Part shown: positions 43,736 through 52,942 of the stretch, piece after piece | How positions within the stretch are numbered: the stretch's first letter is position 1 | Layout of the letters: each line of letters opens with the position of its first letter | Assembly: GCA_038208945.1 (NCBI GenBank) | Contig: JBBQYE010000001.1 | Span: 1-59,099, forward strand | DNA from: Leptolyngbyales cyanobacterium | GTDB lineage: Bacteria; Cyanobacteriota; Cyanobacteriia; Leptolyngbyales; Leptolyngbyaceae | DNA: 59,099 bases | Direction of reading: 5' to 3' | Position numbers and translations under genes: made by a program | Notes under the pieces: model-generated | Told to the model about the DNA's origin: nothing | Database searches by the model: none | What the model saw: only the letters and a program-made list of their open reading frames with translations

Positions 43736-44008
43736 ATGACAGTTCGACAGCCCCGCTACAGCAAAGAAGAATTCGCTCGACGGGGTGATGAGATTTATGA
43801 ATCTCAGGTGCGTTCCCAAGTCGAAGAAAGCAATTATGGCAAGATTGTGGAGATCGACATTGAGACAGGCGCTTTTGAGGTAGCTGATACGCCTATGGTC
43901 GCAGTCGATCGACTTTATGAACGTGAACCCGATGCTCAACCCTGGGTGATTCGGATTGGACATCGCGCCTTTTACCACTTCGGTTCGTGGAGTCTGAAGC
44001 AGAATTAA
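43736..44008 (+). CDS. Small conserved protein (DUF5678-like; usually partnered with a clan AA aspartyl protease)
   Basis: GAGG RBS; EEFARRGDEIYE...GKIV.IDIETG.FEV. Confidence 0.8.
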   Translation: MTVRQPRYSKEEFARRGDEIYESQVRSQVEESNYGKIVEIDIETGAFEVADTPMVAVDRLYEREPDAQPWVIRIGHRAFYHFGSWSLKQN

Positions 44009-44023
44009 GGAATCGGTGGGGCA

Positions 44024-44050
44024 TGGTCTAATCAATGGTTAGAACCGCGA
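44024..44050 (+). mobile_element. Collapsed/degenerate attC remnant
   Basis: GGTCTAAT-caatg-GTTTAGAACCG shortly after a stop codon; the first part equals the R'' of the attC at 44904. Confidence 0.45.
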
Positions 44051-44224
44051 TGAGAGTCCTAGCACTTCGATCTCTTAGAGTAAAATCGCTGCTACAGGGA
44101 TTAGAAGTTCCTGAACTAACCCATTAGGCTAATTGGTAGAATAAGTGGACGCTAGCGGTCGCCCCCATGCGACAAGCCAGCATCCGCAGCCTTTTCACCT
44201 AATCTCGGAAAAGGAGATTCTCAG

Positions 44225-44443
44225 ATGCCATTAGCTGAACTCATGTCACAAATCCAGAATCTTCCAAAAATTGACAAGCTTCGGCTGATGCAGTTCCTTG
44301 CAACAGAACTGGTCAAAGAAGAAGATGCAAACTTCTTTGTTGCCAACCAAGAATATCCTGTCTGGTCGCCCTACAATTGCTCTGAGGCTGCCAATGTTCT
44401 AATGAATCTTCTGGATACAAAGCGACAAGAGCAGAATGGTTGA
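44225..44443 (+). CDS. Small antitoxin-like hypothetical protein
   Basis: AGGAGA RBS; 72 aa (DKLRLMQFL..EL, YPVWSPY); stop overlaps the next start. Confidence 0.8.
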   Translation: MPLAELMSQIQNLPKIDKLRLMQFLATELVKEEDANFFVANQEYPVWSPYNCSEAANVLMNLLDTKRQEQNG

Positions 44444-44855
44444 CACTCGAATATTTCCCTACAAAATCATTGACAGAAGTCTTGGCATGGTCGATCGAAT
44501 GCCTTATCTGCCTTTGACACTCAGTCTTAATGGTCAATTCCTGAACGCTGAAGGCTTATTAGATACAGGCGCAAGCGTCAACGTTTTGCCCTATGAGTTG
44601 GGGCTACAACTGGGTTTAATCTGGGAGGATGAGACGCTTTCGGTTCTATTGGCAGGAAACTTGGCTCGATTTGAAGCTCGCGCAGTCATTGTTGATGCTC
44701 AAATTAGTTCATTCCCAACGGTTAACCTAGCATTTGCCTGGACACAAGCGGTCGATGTGCCGATGATCTTGGGGCAAGCCAATTTCTTCTTTGAGTTTGA
44801 TGTCTGTTTCTTTCGTGCGCGTTCTGAATTTGAAGTCTGCCCTAAAGCAGGTTGA
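44436..44855 (+). CDS. Retropepsin-like (clan AA) aspartyl protease
   Basis: LLDTGAS catalytic motif and ILGQ..FF motif. Confidence 0.85.
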   Translation: MVDTRIFPYKIIDRSLGMVDRMPYLPLTLSLNGQFLNAEGLLDTGASVNVLPYELGLQLGLIWEDETLSVLLAGNLARFEARAVIVDAQISSFPTVNLAFAWTQAVDVPMILGQANFFFEFDVCFFRARSEFEVCPKAG

Positions 44856-44903
44856 ATAGAAATAAAGGCAAGAAGGTCAGTTGGACGCGCTCGGTGAGGC
44901 ACG

Positions 44904-44990
44904 GTCTAATAATTCAAATGCAGCGGACGCATGAGAGCCGCTAGTGCTGAGTCTGAGTTTGTCTGCTGCCGCTGATTTGAGCCGTTGGGC
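44904..44990 (+). mobile_element. attC site 2 (87 bp; R'' ends in AAT instead of AAC)
   Basis: R'' GTCTAAT, 5-nt spacer, L'' AAATGCAG ... L' CTGATTT, 5-nt spacer, R' GTTGGGC. Confidence 0.8.
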
Positions 44991-45100
44991 TGCATCTCGC
45001 AAGGGGCGCACAGTGTTGGTGTTTCCTAGCTGTTTGCGTTTTTTCGATCGCAGCCTCCCGATCGTTCATCAAACTTTGAATCTGATCAAAATCAGGTGAG
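44984..45100 (+). repeat. 117-bp direct repeat, copy 2
   Basis: Near-identical to 43479-43595. Confidence 0.93.
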
Positions 45101-45124
45101 CATCACAAGTCGTACAATCCCTTC

Positions 45125-45457
45125 ATGTACGATGACACTTGCCGATTCCTTGCCGAACACTTCTCCGCCGACTTTGCCAGTTGGCTGTTGGGATCGATCG
45201 CCCTGACCAAAATCAAACCGTCTGAGCTTTCCCTCGAACCAATTCGCGCCGATGCCCTAATTCTGCTTCAGTGCGATGAGTCTGTTTTGCACCTGGAATT
45301 TCAAACTCGTCCTGACCCAGAGATTCCCTTCCGCATGGTAGATTACCGCACACGAGTGTACAGACACGATCGCTTTAACACAACCCCTCAGCCACTCCAC
45401 ACGAAGGCTAAGACAGATGCTGAAGAAGCCACTAGAGCTGTTCGTCGAGAGATTTAG
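45125..45457 (+). pseudogene. Truncated Rpn / PD-(D/E)XK putative transposase (DUF4351-type) fragment
   Basis: YDDTCRFLAE, ELSLEPIRAD, LHLEFQT and FRMVDY; similarity is lost after about residue 80. Confidence 0.8.
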
Positions 45458-45665
45458 ACCGATCGTCACATTAAAACATTTCAGAGTCACCAAGATTTCC
45501 GACTGATTGGCTCCTAGAATGAAGATAATACGATGGGACTATCATCGTAATTCCGACCGACTTACTAGGAATAAAAAGTTCTCCCGGTTTTTGTCATCTG
45601 TTATTTGCACTGCAAACAAGATGACTGACGGCTTATACCTCTTTACCGATCGCAGCAGCAGTCTA

Positions 45666-47642
45666 ATGGTTATATCTTCGACACCCGACTCCACCACCCG
45701 CAAGCTTTCTAAAGTCGAAGGACTCAAAGATCGCAGTGACTTTTTACGAGAACCCGTCGCGTCAGAGCTTTTAGAAGACACGACGCACTTTACTGAAGAT
45801 GCGATTCAAATTCTCAAGTTTCACGGGTCTTATCAGCAAGACAACCGAGACAACCGCGCCAAAGGTCAAGAAAAAGACTATCAGATGATGCTGCGAACGC
45901 GCAGTCCGGGTGGGTTTATTCCACCTGAGCTTTATTTGGCGCTCGATCGCATTTCTGATGACTATGGCAATCACACGATTCGAGCCACAACGCGACAAGG
46001 CTTTCAGCTACACGGCATTCTCAAGAAGAATCTGAAAGCATCACTGGCAGCGATCGTTCGCAATATGGGCAACACGCTGGGCGCTTGCGGCGATGTCAAC
46101 CGAAATGTGATGGCTCCTCCGGCTCCCTTTCGCAACCGCACCGATTATCAATACGCCTACGAATATTCGCACACGATTGCCGATCTGCTGACTCCTCAAA
46201 CGGGTGCTTACTACGAGATTTGGCTGGATGGCGAGAAATTCATTTCGGCGGAAGAGAATCCCGAAGTGGTTGCGGCTCGTCAGAAAAATGGCACGGGCAC
46301 GATCGTCCATGACAACCCAGAACCGATTTACGGCACGCACTATATGCCCCGTAAGTTCAAAATCAGCGTCACGGTTCCGGGCGACAACTCCGTCGATCTT
46401 TATTCGCAGGATGTCAGCTTAGTCGTTTTGACTAATGAGCAAGGTGAGTTAGAAGGCTTCAACGTGTTTGCGGGCGGCGGTTTGGGACGCACTCACAACA
46501 AAGAAGAAACCTTTCCTCGATTGGCAGATGAGATCGGCTACGTCGCTAAAGATGATGTCTATAGTTTGGTGAAAGCGATCGTGGCAACTCAGCGCGATTA
46601 TGGCGATCGCACCGATCGTCGTCATGCCCGAATGAAATATCTGATCGAAGACTGGGGTGTTGACAGATTCCGCGCCAAGGTCGAAGAGTATTTTGGTCAG
46701 TCGATTGAACCCTTCAAGCCGTTACCTGAATTCAAATATTTAGATTTTTTGGGGTGGCATGAGCAAGGAGACGGCAAACTGTTTGTCGGGATTTCGGTCG
46801 AAAACGGTCGCGTCAAAAACGAAGGTGCTTTTCAACTTAAAACTGCCCTGCGTGAAATCGTCGAGACCTACCGCTTGCCGATGTTGGTTACACCTAGCCA
46901 AAATTTGATTCTCTACGAAATTGAACCCGCTCAAAAGTCCGAGATTCAGCAAATTCTGACTCGCTGCGGCATCAAGCGCGAAGACGAAATCGATACGCTG
47001 TTGCGCTACTCGATGGCATGTCCAGCTTTGCCCACTTGCGGGTTAGCCACTGCCGAATCTGAGCGAGTCATTCCGTCCATTCTGGAGAGAATTCGAGCGC
47101 TGTTGATCAAAGCCGGGCTACCCGATGAATCGTTCATCATCCGCATGACAGGATGCCCGAACGGATGCGCCCGTCCTTATTTGGCGGAACTCGGCTTTGT
47201 CGGCAACGGACCGGACACCTATCAAATGTGGCTGGGCGCTTGCCCCAATCAAACCCGACTGTCTCGCGCCTACGTTGAGAAGCTGCACATTGATGATTTA
47301 GAGATTTTTCTAGAGCCGCTCTTTGTTTACTTCAAACAGTCGCGCACCGATGGCGAAAGCTTTGGCGATTTCTGCGATCGGGTCGGTTTTGATGCGCTGC
47401 GGCAATTTGTCAGCGACTATCAACCTGATGGTTTCGATGAGGTCGTGACGGTCTCGACCAATGACTTTGAAGAGGTCGAATCGGCTGAATCGGACACAGT
47501 GACGCTCCGATCTCGGCATCGAGTGGGCGTTCGTCGTGAGATTTACACGCGTCTTCAGCAAGCGTCAAAAACTCAAGGCAAACCGATTACCGAACTCGTG
47601 GCAGACGCGCTAGAAACCTATCTCACCAACACAGATCCTTAG
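45666..47642 (+). CDS. sir: Ferredoxin-dependent sulfite reductase
   Basis: [27 protein letters not shown] and TGCPNGC siroheme/4Fe-4S motifs; start placed at MVISST. Confidence 0.96.
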   Translation: MVISSTPDSTTRKLSKVEGLKDRSDFLREPVASELLEDTTHFTEDAIQILKFHGSYQQDNRDNRAKGQEKDYQMMLRTRSPGGFIPPELYLALDRISDDYGNHTIRATTRQGFQLHGILKKNLKASLAAIVRNMGNTLGACGDVNRNVMAPPAPFRNRTDYQYAYEYSHTIADLLTPQTGAYYEIWLDGEKFISAEENPEVVAARQKNGTGTIVHDNPEPIYGTHYMPRKFKISVTVPGDNSVDLYSQDVSLVVLTNEQGELEGFNVFAGGGLGRTHNKEETFPRLADEIGYVAKDDVYSLVKAIVATQRDYGDRTDRRHARMKYLIEDWGVDRFRAKVEEYFGQSIEPFKPLPEFKYLDFLGWHEQGDGKLFVGISVENGRVKNEGAFQLKTALREIVETYRLPMLVTPSQNLILYEIEPAQKSEIQQILTRCGIKREDEIDTLLRYSMACPALPTCGLATAESERVIPSILERIRALLIKAGLPDESFIIRMTGCPNGCARPYLAELGFVGNGPDTYQMWLGACPNQTRLSRAYVEKLHIDDLEIFLEPLFVYFKQSRTDGESFGDFCDRVGFDALRQFVSDYQPDGFDEVVTVSTNDFEEVESAESDTVTLRSRHRVGVRREIYTRLQQASKTQGKPITELVADALETYLTNTDP

Positions 47643-47724
47643 AGCTGCGATCGGACTGTCTGCTGTTTGGGTAGGAGGGAGTTAAACGCTCCTACTTTTT
47701 TATTGAAATTCTGAGAGACTTCCA

Positions 47725-48459
47725 ATGACTCAGCTACAAAGGCTTGTGATCACGGATGCTCAAATTGATCAGCAGCAGATTTTGTTGACGATCGAGCAAC
47801 AGCATTATTTGAGTCGAGTGCTGAGACTGCGATCGGGCGATCAGTTCATCGCGATGAATGGACACGGACAAGGCTGGATAGCGTCTTTAACCTCCGATCG
47901 GGCACATATTCTAGAATCTATTCACGCTCAGTCTGAGCTGCCGATTTCCGTCACATTAGTTTTGGCACTCCCGAAAGGAAACGGGTTGGATGAGGTGGTG
48001 CGACAGACTACAGAATTGGGCGTGACTTGCATTGCGCCTATGATCAGTAAGAGAACCCTTCTCAATCCGAGTGCCAACAAGTTAGAACGCTGGCGACGCA
48101 TTGCCCAAGAAGCCGCAGAGCAGTGCGAACGTCAAATCGTTCCTGAGATTTTAGATCCCGTTTCCTGGAGCGATCGACTAAAAATAGAATCATCTAACTC
48201 CGATAGCTGCCGCCTAATCTGCCTCGCACGGGGCAACTCGCCGCACTTATTGGACTACTTAGATCCATTGGCTTGTCCTTCAATCACACTGGCGATCGGA
48301 CCGGAAGGCGGCTGGACAAATGGTGAAATTGAAGGCGCGATCTCAGCCCGTTATCAGCCGATTTCTCTCGGTCGTCGGGTGCTTCGAGCCGTCACTGCTC
48401 CGATCGTGGCGCTCTCGCTAGTTGCAGGAGTTGTTGAAAGAAATAAGAATGGAGAGTGA
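47725..48459 (+). CDS. rsmE: 16S rRNA m3U1498 methyltransferase
   Basis: HYL.RVLR, EAAEQC, IGPEGG and LG.RVLRA.TA. Confidence 0.95.
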   Translation: MTQLQRLVITDAQIDQQQILLTIEQQHYLSRVLRLRSGDQFIAMNGHGQGWIASLTSDRAHILESIHAQSELPISVTLVLALPKGNGLDEVVRQTTELGVTCIAPMISKRTLLNPSANKLERWRRIAQEAAEQCERQIVPEILDPVSWSDRLKIESSNSDSCRLICLARGNSPHLLDYLDPLACPSITLAIGPEGGWTNGEIEGAISARYQPISLGRRVLRAVTAPIVALSLVAGVVERNKNGE

Positions 48460-48502
48460 AGACTGAAGAGAAGAAAAAATAATCCTTCAGGCTGAGTCAA
48501 TC

Positions 48503-49588
48503 ATGCTAGATCACATCGCTGCCGCCTTCGATCGCCAAGACTATCGCACTGCCGCGACGTTGCTCAAAGAATTCTTGCGTGAATCACCTCAAAATCCGTT
48601 TGGGCAATTTTATAAAGGGCGGCTCTATGAAGTGTCTGGCAAACTAGAGGCAGCCGAAGAGATTTATCGGCAACTGATTCGCGATGTCGTCAACCCCAAA
48701 ATCGCGAATCAGGCACGACAAGGCATTCAGCGGCTCAAAGCCTTGGCTCAAACTCGCCAACAAACCGCGATCGCCCAAGCCACCGCAGATCCTCAAAATG
48801 CCGAAATAGGAATGTTAGTGTTAGAAGCCATTAGCAGCGACATCCGCACAACACTGGCTCAAAACTTTGCTCGAATTATGAAGCTAGATGCCTACACCGC
48901 GCGGTTACAGATTCCGCATCGGGGCTGGCGACTTTATCGAACGGGCGCGATCGGAGAACTTCGACACTATGGGCAGCAGCTTAGAGAGGCTGAAATCCCC
49001 GCGTTTTGGGCACCGTTAAATGCGATCCAGAGCCTACAAGTTTTTCAAGTTCAACATTTTCAAAGCTATCAGCCTAACGCGATTGCCATTTGCCAAAATG
49101 AGCACGATCAATTGGGTTCTCTCAGTTTCGATTGGGCAGAAGTGACCCAGCGCGTTGAAGGACGATTGCCAATTTTTGAGCAAGTTGTCGATACCGATGC
49201 TCGACAAAGAACGCAGCGACAGCGCAAAGAACAAACTCAAGACTATGCTCATGTTTGTGATTTGCATCTTCCGAAAAGATGCTGCATTTTGCGACTCTGC
49301 GACTTAAATTATCAGTTTCATCAAGGAGTTGCGTTTTCAACTTCAGTGGACGCGATCGGACAAACCACTAATCGCATTCACTGGAATAATCTACTCGCGT
49401 TTCTCAGCTATCAACTCCCTGAGCAACCTGTTTGGTCAGAATTTATGCCCTTTGCAGAGACCGCGATCGAGTTTCCTAACCTGCTCAAGCGTCTTAAATC
49501 TCACGTTCATCTCTTTGGTCAAGACACTAGCTTGTGGAATCCTGCGTTTCATCTTTATAGTGGGTTAGCGTTCTCAAAAGATCTCTAA
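48503..49588 (+). CDS. TPR-containing conserved cyanobacterial protein
   Basis: N-terminal TPR-like helices. Confidence 0.8.
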   Translation: MLDHIAAAFDRQDYRTAATLLKEFLRESPQNPFGQFYKGRLYEVSGKLEAAEEIYRQLIRDVVNPKIANQARQGIQRLKALAQTRQQTAIAQATADPQNAEIGMLVLEAISSDIRTTLAQNFARIMKLDAYTARLQIPHRGWRLYRTGAIGELRHYGQQLREAEIPAFWAPLNAIQSLQVFQVQHFQSYQPNAIAICQNEHDQLGSLSFDWAEVTQRVEGRLPIFEQVVDTDARQRTQRQRKEQTQDYAHVCDLHLPKRCCILRLCDLNYQFHQGVAFSTSVDAIGQTTNRIHWNNLLAFLSYQLPEQPVWSEFMPFAETAIEFPNLLKRLKSHVHLFGQDTSLWNPAFHLYSGLAFSKDL

Positions 49589-49679
49589 AGTTTAATCCCT
49601 GAGATGGAGGCTTAAACCCGATCCAATTAACGACAATGCTATTGAAACAATTAAAGAATAGCTGGGCTAGAAAAATACT

Positions 49680-49862
49680 ATGAAAATTGCTCGTTTTCTG
49701 TTGGCGATCGTCTTGCCGCCTCTGGCTGTTTTTCTAAATAGTGGCATCAGCTCAGCACTGCTGATCAACGTCTTGCTGACTTTACTGGGCTGGGTTCCTG
49801 GCATCATTCACGCGGTTTGGGTGCTCCAAAAAACAGAAGAGCGTCAAACTGAGGTTTACTAA
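49680..49862 (+). CDS. YqaE/Pmp3-family membrane proteolipid
   Basis: LAIVLPPLAVF...INVLLTLLGWVPGIIHA. Confidence 0.92.
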   Translation: MKIARFLLAIVLPPLAVFLNSGISSALLINVLLTLLGWVPGIIHAVWVLQKTEERQTEVY

Positions 49863-49867
49863 CGATT

Positions 49868-49903
49868 AAAAAACATCCCGGTCTAGCGATCGGGATGTTT
49901 TTT
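49868..49903. terminator. Bidirectional terminator
   Basis: AAAAAACATCCCG...CGGGATGTTTTTT. Confidence 0.85.
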
Positions 49904-49925
49904 AGGATTGTATAGAAGCTCGAGT

Positions 49926-50399
49926 TTAGTTCGACTTCATGCCGCGTGCCATGTCTAAGTAAGAGTTCATGTTTGCGCCGGGGCGACGGCGACTGCTGTT
50001 GCTGGTAGGCACCAAATATTTGGTTGCAAACTCAACAGTCGCTTCAGGTTTTGAAGCGACTATCACTGCGGCGGGTGCCTTTTCGACAGACTTTTGAACA
50101 GTGGTCGCACCATTGCTAGCAGCCGCAGCCGCTAGTTGCTCCGATCGCTTAGACGATGGTTTTGAGGTCTGTGTCGCGTCACTGGTCACGGTAACAGATC
50201 TAGGGCTAGCTGCAACTTCGGGTGTGCTGACGACAGGCTTTTTGGCAGCTTCAGCACCGTCCCATTCTAGAAAGTAGCCAGAGCTTTTTCGAGGTTTGGG
50301 AGCGCTGCCTTCGATAGATTTTTTGCCACCGACGAGACCGCCCAAAAAAGAAAAGATACTGCTAAAGAAATTTTTGATAAGTTTGATAAGACCGCCCAT
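49926..50399 (-). CDS. Conserved low-complexity cyanobacterial protein
   Basis: Amphipathic N-terminus, GYFLE, C-terminal RRRPGANM..YLDMAR. Confidence 0.8.
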   Translation of the reverse strand: MGGLIKLIKNFFSSIFSFLGGLVGGKKSIEGSAPKPRKSSGYFLEWDGAEAAKKPVVSTPEVAASPRSVTVTSDATQTSKPSSKRSEQLAAAAASNGATTVQKSVEKAPAAVIVASKPEATVEFATKYLVPTSNSSRRRPGANMNSYLDMARGMKSN

Positions 50400-50692
50400 G
50401 TGTCACTGCTCCTGGGATGTTAGCGGATGATAAGGTGCGTCGGAAATTTGCATTCACGCGATCGCTGAGGCAAACCACTGACCTAAGCCGGAAAAATGAG
50501 GTGCCTTGCTGATCATATAGCGTCTAGGTAGCGCCTCGATCAGACTTGCGACAACTGTTAACTGATTCAGTTAGTCTGATCAAACTGAAAGCGCAGCAAA
50601 GTTTAAAGATTCCTCTTTGATTATGAGTCTTGTTGAGATAGTCTTGCAAGACTCTGCGATGCGTTTTTGAACCAAATTTGCTCATTTACAGC

Positions 50693-50723
50693 AAAAAGGG
50701 GCTTCGATCGAAGCCCCTTTTTT
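50693..50723. terminator. Terminator (perfect palindrome) after the rhomboid gene
   Basis: AAAAAGGGGCTTCGATCGAAGCCCCTTTTT. Confidence 0.8.
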
Positions 50724-50754
50724 AGAGTAATAGCGTTCGATCGCACGATCAGCT

Positions 50755-51468
50755 TCAAGAAGATTGCGCCTTGGAATCATCTGAGAACAAACCTAGCAAC
50801 GGTCCCAGCACTGCGCCAAACACAAATCCTCCAGCGTGTGCCCAATAGGCAACCCCGCCTTGTTGCATCCCAATATTGGTTTTTACTCCCAAACTGGCGA
50901 CTCCATAGAGTGCCTGCTGCAAAAACCAGATTCCCAAATAAAAGATTGCTGGAATTCGCACGGGCAAGAAAATAAAGCCAAGCGGAATGATCGTCAGCAC
51001 TCTCACTTGCGGGAATCGCAGAATATAAGCGCCCATTACCCCTGCGATCGCGCCACTTGCCCCTAGCGAAGGCACATCAGAACCTGCCGAGAAGAACCAT
51101 TGACTTAGGGCAGCTAAGACTCCGCACGCGATGTAGAAGATCAAAAACTTGATGTGCCCTAACCGATCTTCAACGTTGTTGCCAAAAATCCACAAAAACA
51201 GCATATTGCCTGCAATGTGCAAAAAGCCACCGTGCAGAAACTGAGAGGTGATGAGCGTAACCCATTCAGGGAAGCCAGAACTGCTTGCAGCGCCCCCAAA
51301 ACTTTGGCTCAACTCTTTAGGAATGACCGCCCAAGTGAAGAAAAACGACTCTAGCTGCTGCGGAGTCAGGCTCAACTGATAGATAAACACTAAGACGTTG
51401 GCGGCGATCAGGCCATACGTGACGTAGGGGGTAATGCGCGTTGGGTTGTCATCGCTGATCGGAAACAC
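50755..51468 (-). CDS. Rhomboid intramembrane serine protease
   Basis: FLHGG..HI.GNM, GASGA and AHAGG. Confidence 0.95.
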   Translation of the reverse strand: MFPISDDNPTRITPYVTYGLIAANVLVFIYQLSLTPQQLESFFFTWAVIPKELSQSFGGAASSSGFPEWVTLITSQFLHGGFLHIAGNMLFLWIFGNNVEDRLGHIKFLIFYIACGVLAALSQWFFSAGSDVPSLGASGAIAGVMGAYILRFPQVRVLTIIPLGFIFLPVRIPAIFYLGIWFLQQALYGVASLGVKTNIGMQQGGVAYWAHAGGFVFGAVLGPLLGLFSDDSKAQSS

Positions 51469-51537
51469 GAGGATCTTTCCTTGACTATCATTTAGCAGGA
51501 AGATAACCGATTTCTAATGACTTGTCTGTTTATCTAG

Positions 51538-51690
51538 AGACAGATTTGCAGAACTGAGCAAGGAGGCGCAACTAAAGTCAACTTGTTTGGGTCGGTTTTG
51601 GCTTCGCTCAACCCGCTAGGAGTGCTGGCTTTCAGAGTTGAGCAGAGCCGAAACGCGTCTTACCGTTCACTAAACTTCTTGCAGAGGTCT
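51538..51690 (-). repeat. Dispersed repeat / MITE-like family, copy 2
   Basis: Reverse complement matches 3172-3280; imperfect terminal inverted repeats AGAC...TGCA.GAA. Confidence 0.8.
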
Positions 51691-51729
51691 GAAGATGCTC
51701 TCATCCCCCAACTCCTTGTCATGCCTGCG

Positions 51730-51900
51730 CTCCCCGACCCAGATCTCGCTAGCAACCCCGATCGGGACTAAGTTGTGATCCCCGTCATCAAGGCGTAGAC
51801 TGACGTTATTAAAGGGTTTTCCAACTCGACTTTTGGTGATGACGTAGCCTCTAAGAACCGGATAAGTTGCACCTAGTGAAGTGACTTCGCTGCCTACTGT
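51730..51900 (-). pseudogene. Remnant of an NRPS-type adenylation domain
   Basis: VGKPFNNVSLRLDDGDHNLVPIGVASEIWVG resembles the A5-A6 stretch IG.P..N....LD....VPIGV.GE..IGG. Confidence 0.5.
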
Positions 51901-51935
51901 ACACACAAGTCGATCGGTCATTGCCGAATCTTTCG

Positions 51936-52020
51936 CCCCCTAGATCCTCCGCGTCACTTGCTTTAAGTCGGGGAACCCGCCCAACGCAGTGACTCATCAA
52001 AATTGGGGGACTTTGAACCG
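51936..52020. repeat. Nested small dispersed repeats
   Basis: CCCCTAGATCCTC...AAAATTGGGGGACTT element interrupted by the hairpin GCGTCACTTGC...GCAGTGACTC. Confidence 0.55.
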
Positions 52021-52168
52021 GAGCGATGGCTGAACTTTGAACCAGAAGGTATGTTTGACCTCTATGCTGTCAGAGTTTTACGCATTCACAGAAGCGATAA
52101 CTATTATGTCTGTTACTGAATGCAACGCCCTATTCTGAATTTTTGTGGTTCAGGTTTTAGGGCGGCGA

Positions 52169-52942
52169 TCAATATCCGCCCAGTCTGCCTCTGCGCTTAG
52201 TCTCACGTTCAGCAAATCGAAACAGAGCCAGTCCTAGCCCAAAGTAAACACATCCATTGAGCAAAGCCAAACCCAACTGAGGGAAATTGAGGGGCTGTTG
52301 TCGTGCCATCATGTCTCGCAAAAGTCCCGCTCCGGCGGTCATCGGCAGCAGCAGCCCTACTATTTTTGACGAACCTGTCCAGCTCTCAGTCGGAACCGAT
52401 AGCAAAAAGAGCAACGCAAACTGAAAGATTCCTAATAGCTGCTGGATGCGTTTTAGCAATAGCGCTAGAGACCCGATCGCGAATGATAATCCGTATGCGC
52501 CTAATATCACAGTGACTAATGGAAAAATTAAGGTAGGTGGAAATGATAGCCATCGTCCTGTGAGTGACATGATGATCAGCAAAATTGTGGTGACCAGAAC
52601 AAACTGAATCATCAAGTTAGCGATCGCGCGAGTCAAAAAAACGCGAGGTGCCCCAAAGGGTGAAATAAATAGTTGCTCCAACGTTCCCGTCTGTGCCTCG
52701 TTTTGCAGCGTTCCGGCAATGTCAAACAGCACGAATGTTACCAGCGTCCACAGCATATAGCCAACGATAATCGAGTCGAGCCGATCGCCCAATTTAATGC
52801 TTGACCCTGCTACATAGCTAGCTCCGAGAAACAATCCATAAAACAGCGCACTGATGATAAAGATGCCCCCGATCGCTTCGGCTGGGTAGCGAATAAACTG
52901 AATCCAACTGCGTTTAACTTCTGCTAAAAATAATTTCAACAC
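52169..52942 (-). CDS. ABC-2 type permease
   Basis: Six TM segments and E..TGTLEQL motif; overlaps the ATPase stop. Confidence 0.9.
   Translation of the reverse strand: MLKLFLAEVKRSWIQFIRYPAEAIGGIFIISALFYGLFLGASYVAGSSIKLGDRLDSIIVGYMLWTLVTFVLFDIAGTLQNEAQTGTLEQLFISPFGAPRVFLTRAIANLMIQFVLVTTILLIIMSLTGRWLSFPPTLIFPLVTVILGAYGLSFAIGSLALLLKRIQQLLGIFQFALLFLLSVPTESWTGSSKIVGLLLPMTAGAGLLRDMMARQQPLNFPQLGLALLNGCVYFGLGLALFRFAERETKRRGRLGGY

Noticed and set aside
45507-45665. 53-aa N-terminal extension of Sir from a TTG start
   Set aside because: Sir-like sequence begins near MVISST; the upstream frame is probably 5' UTR.
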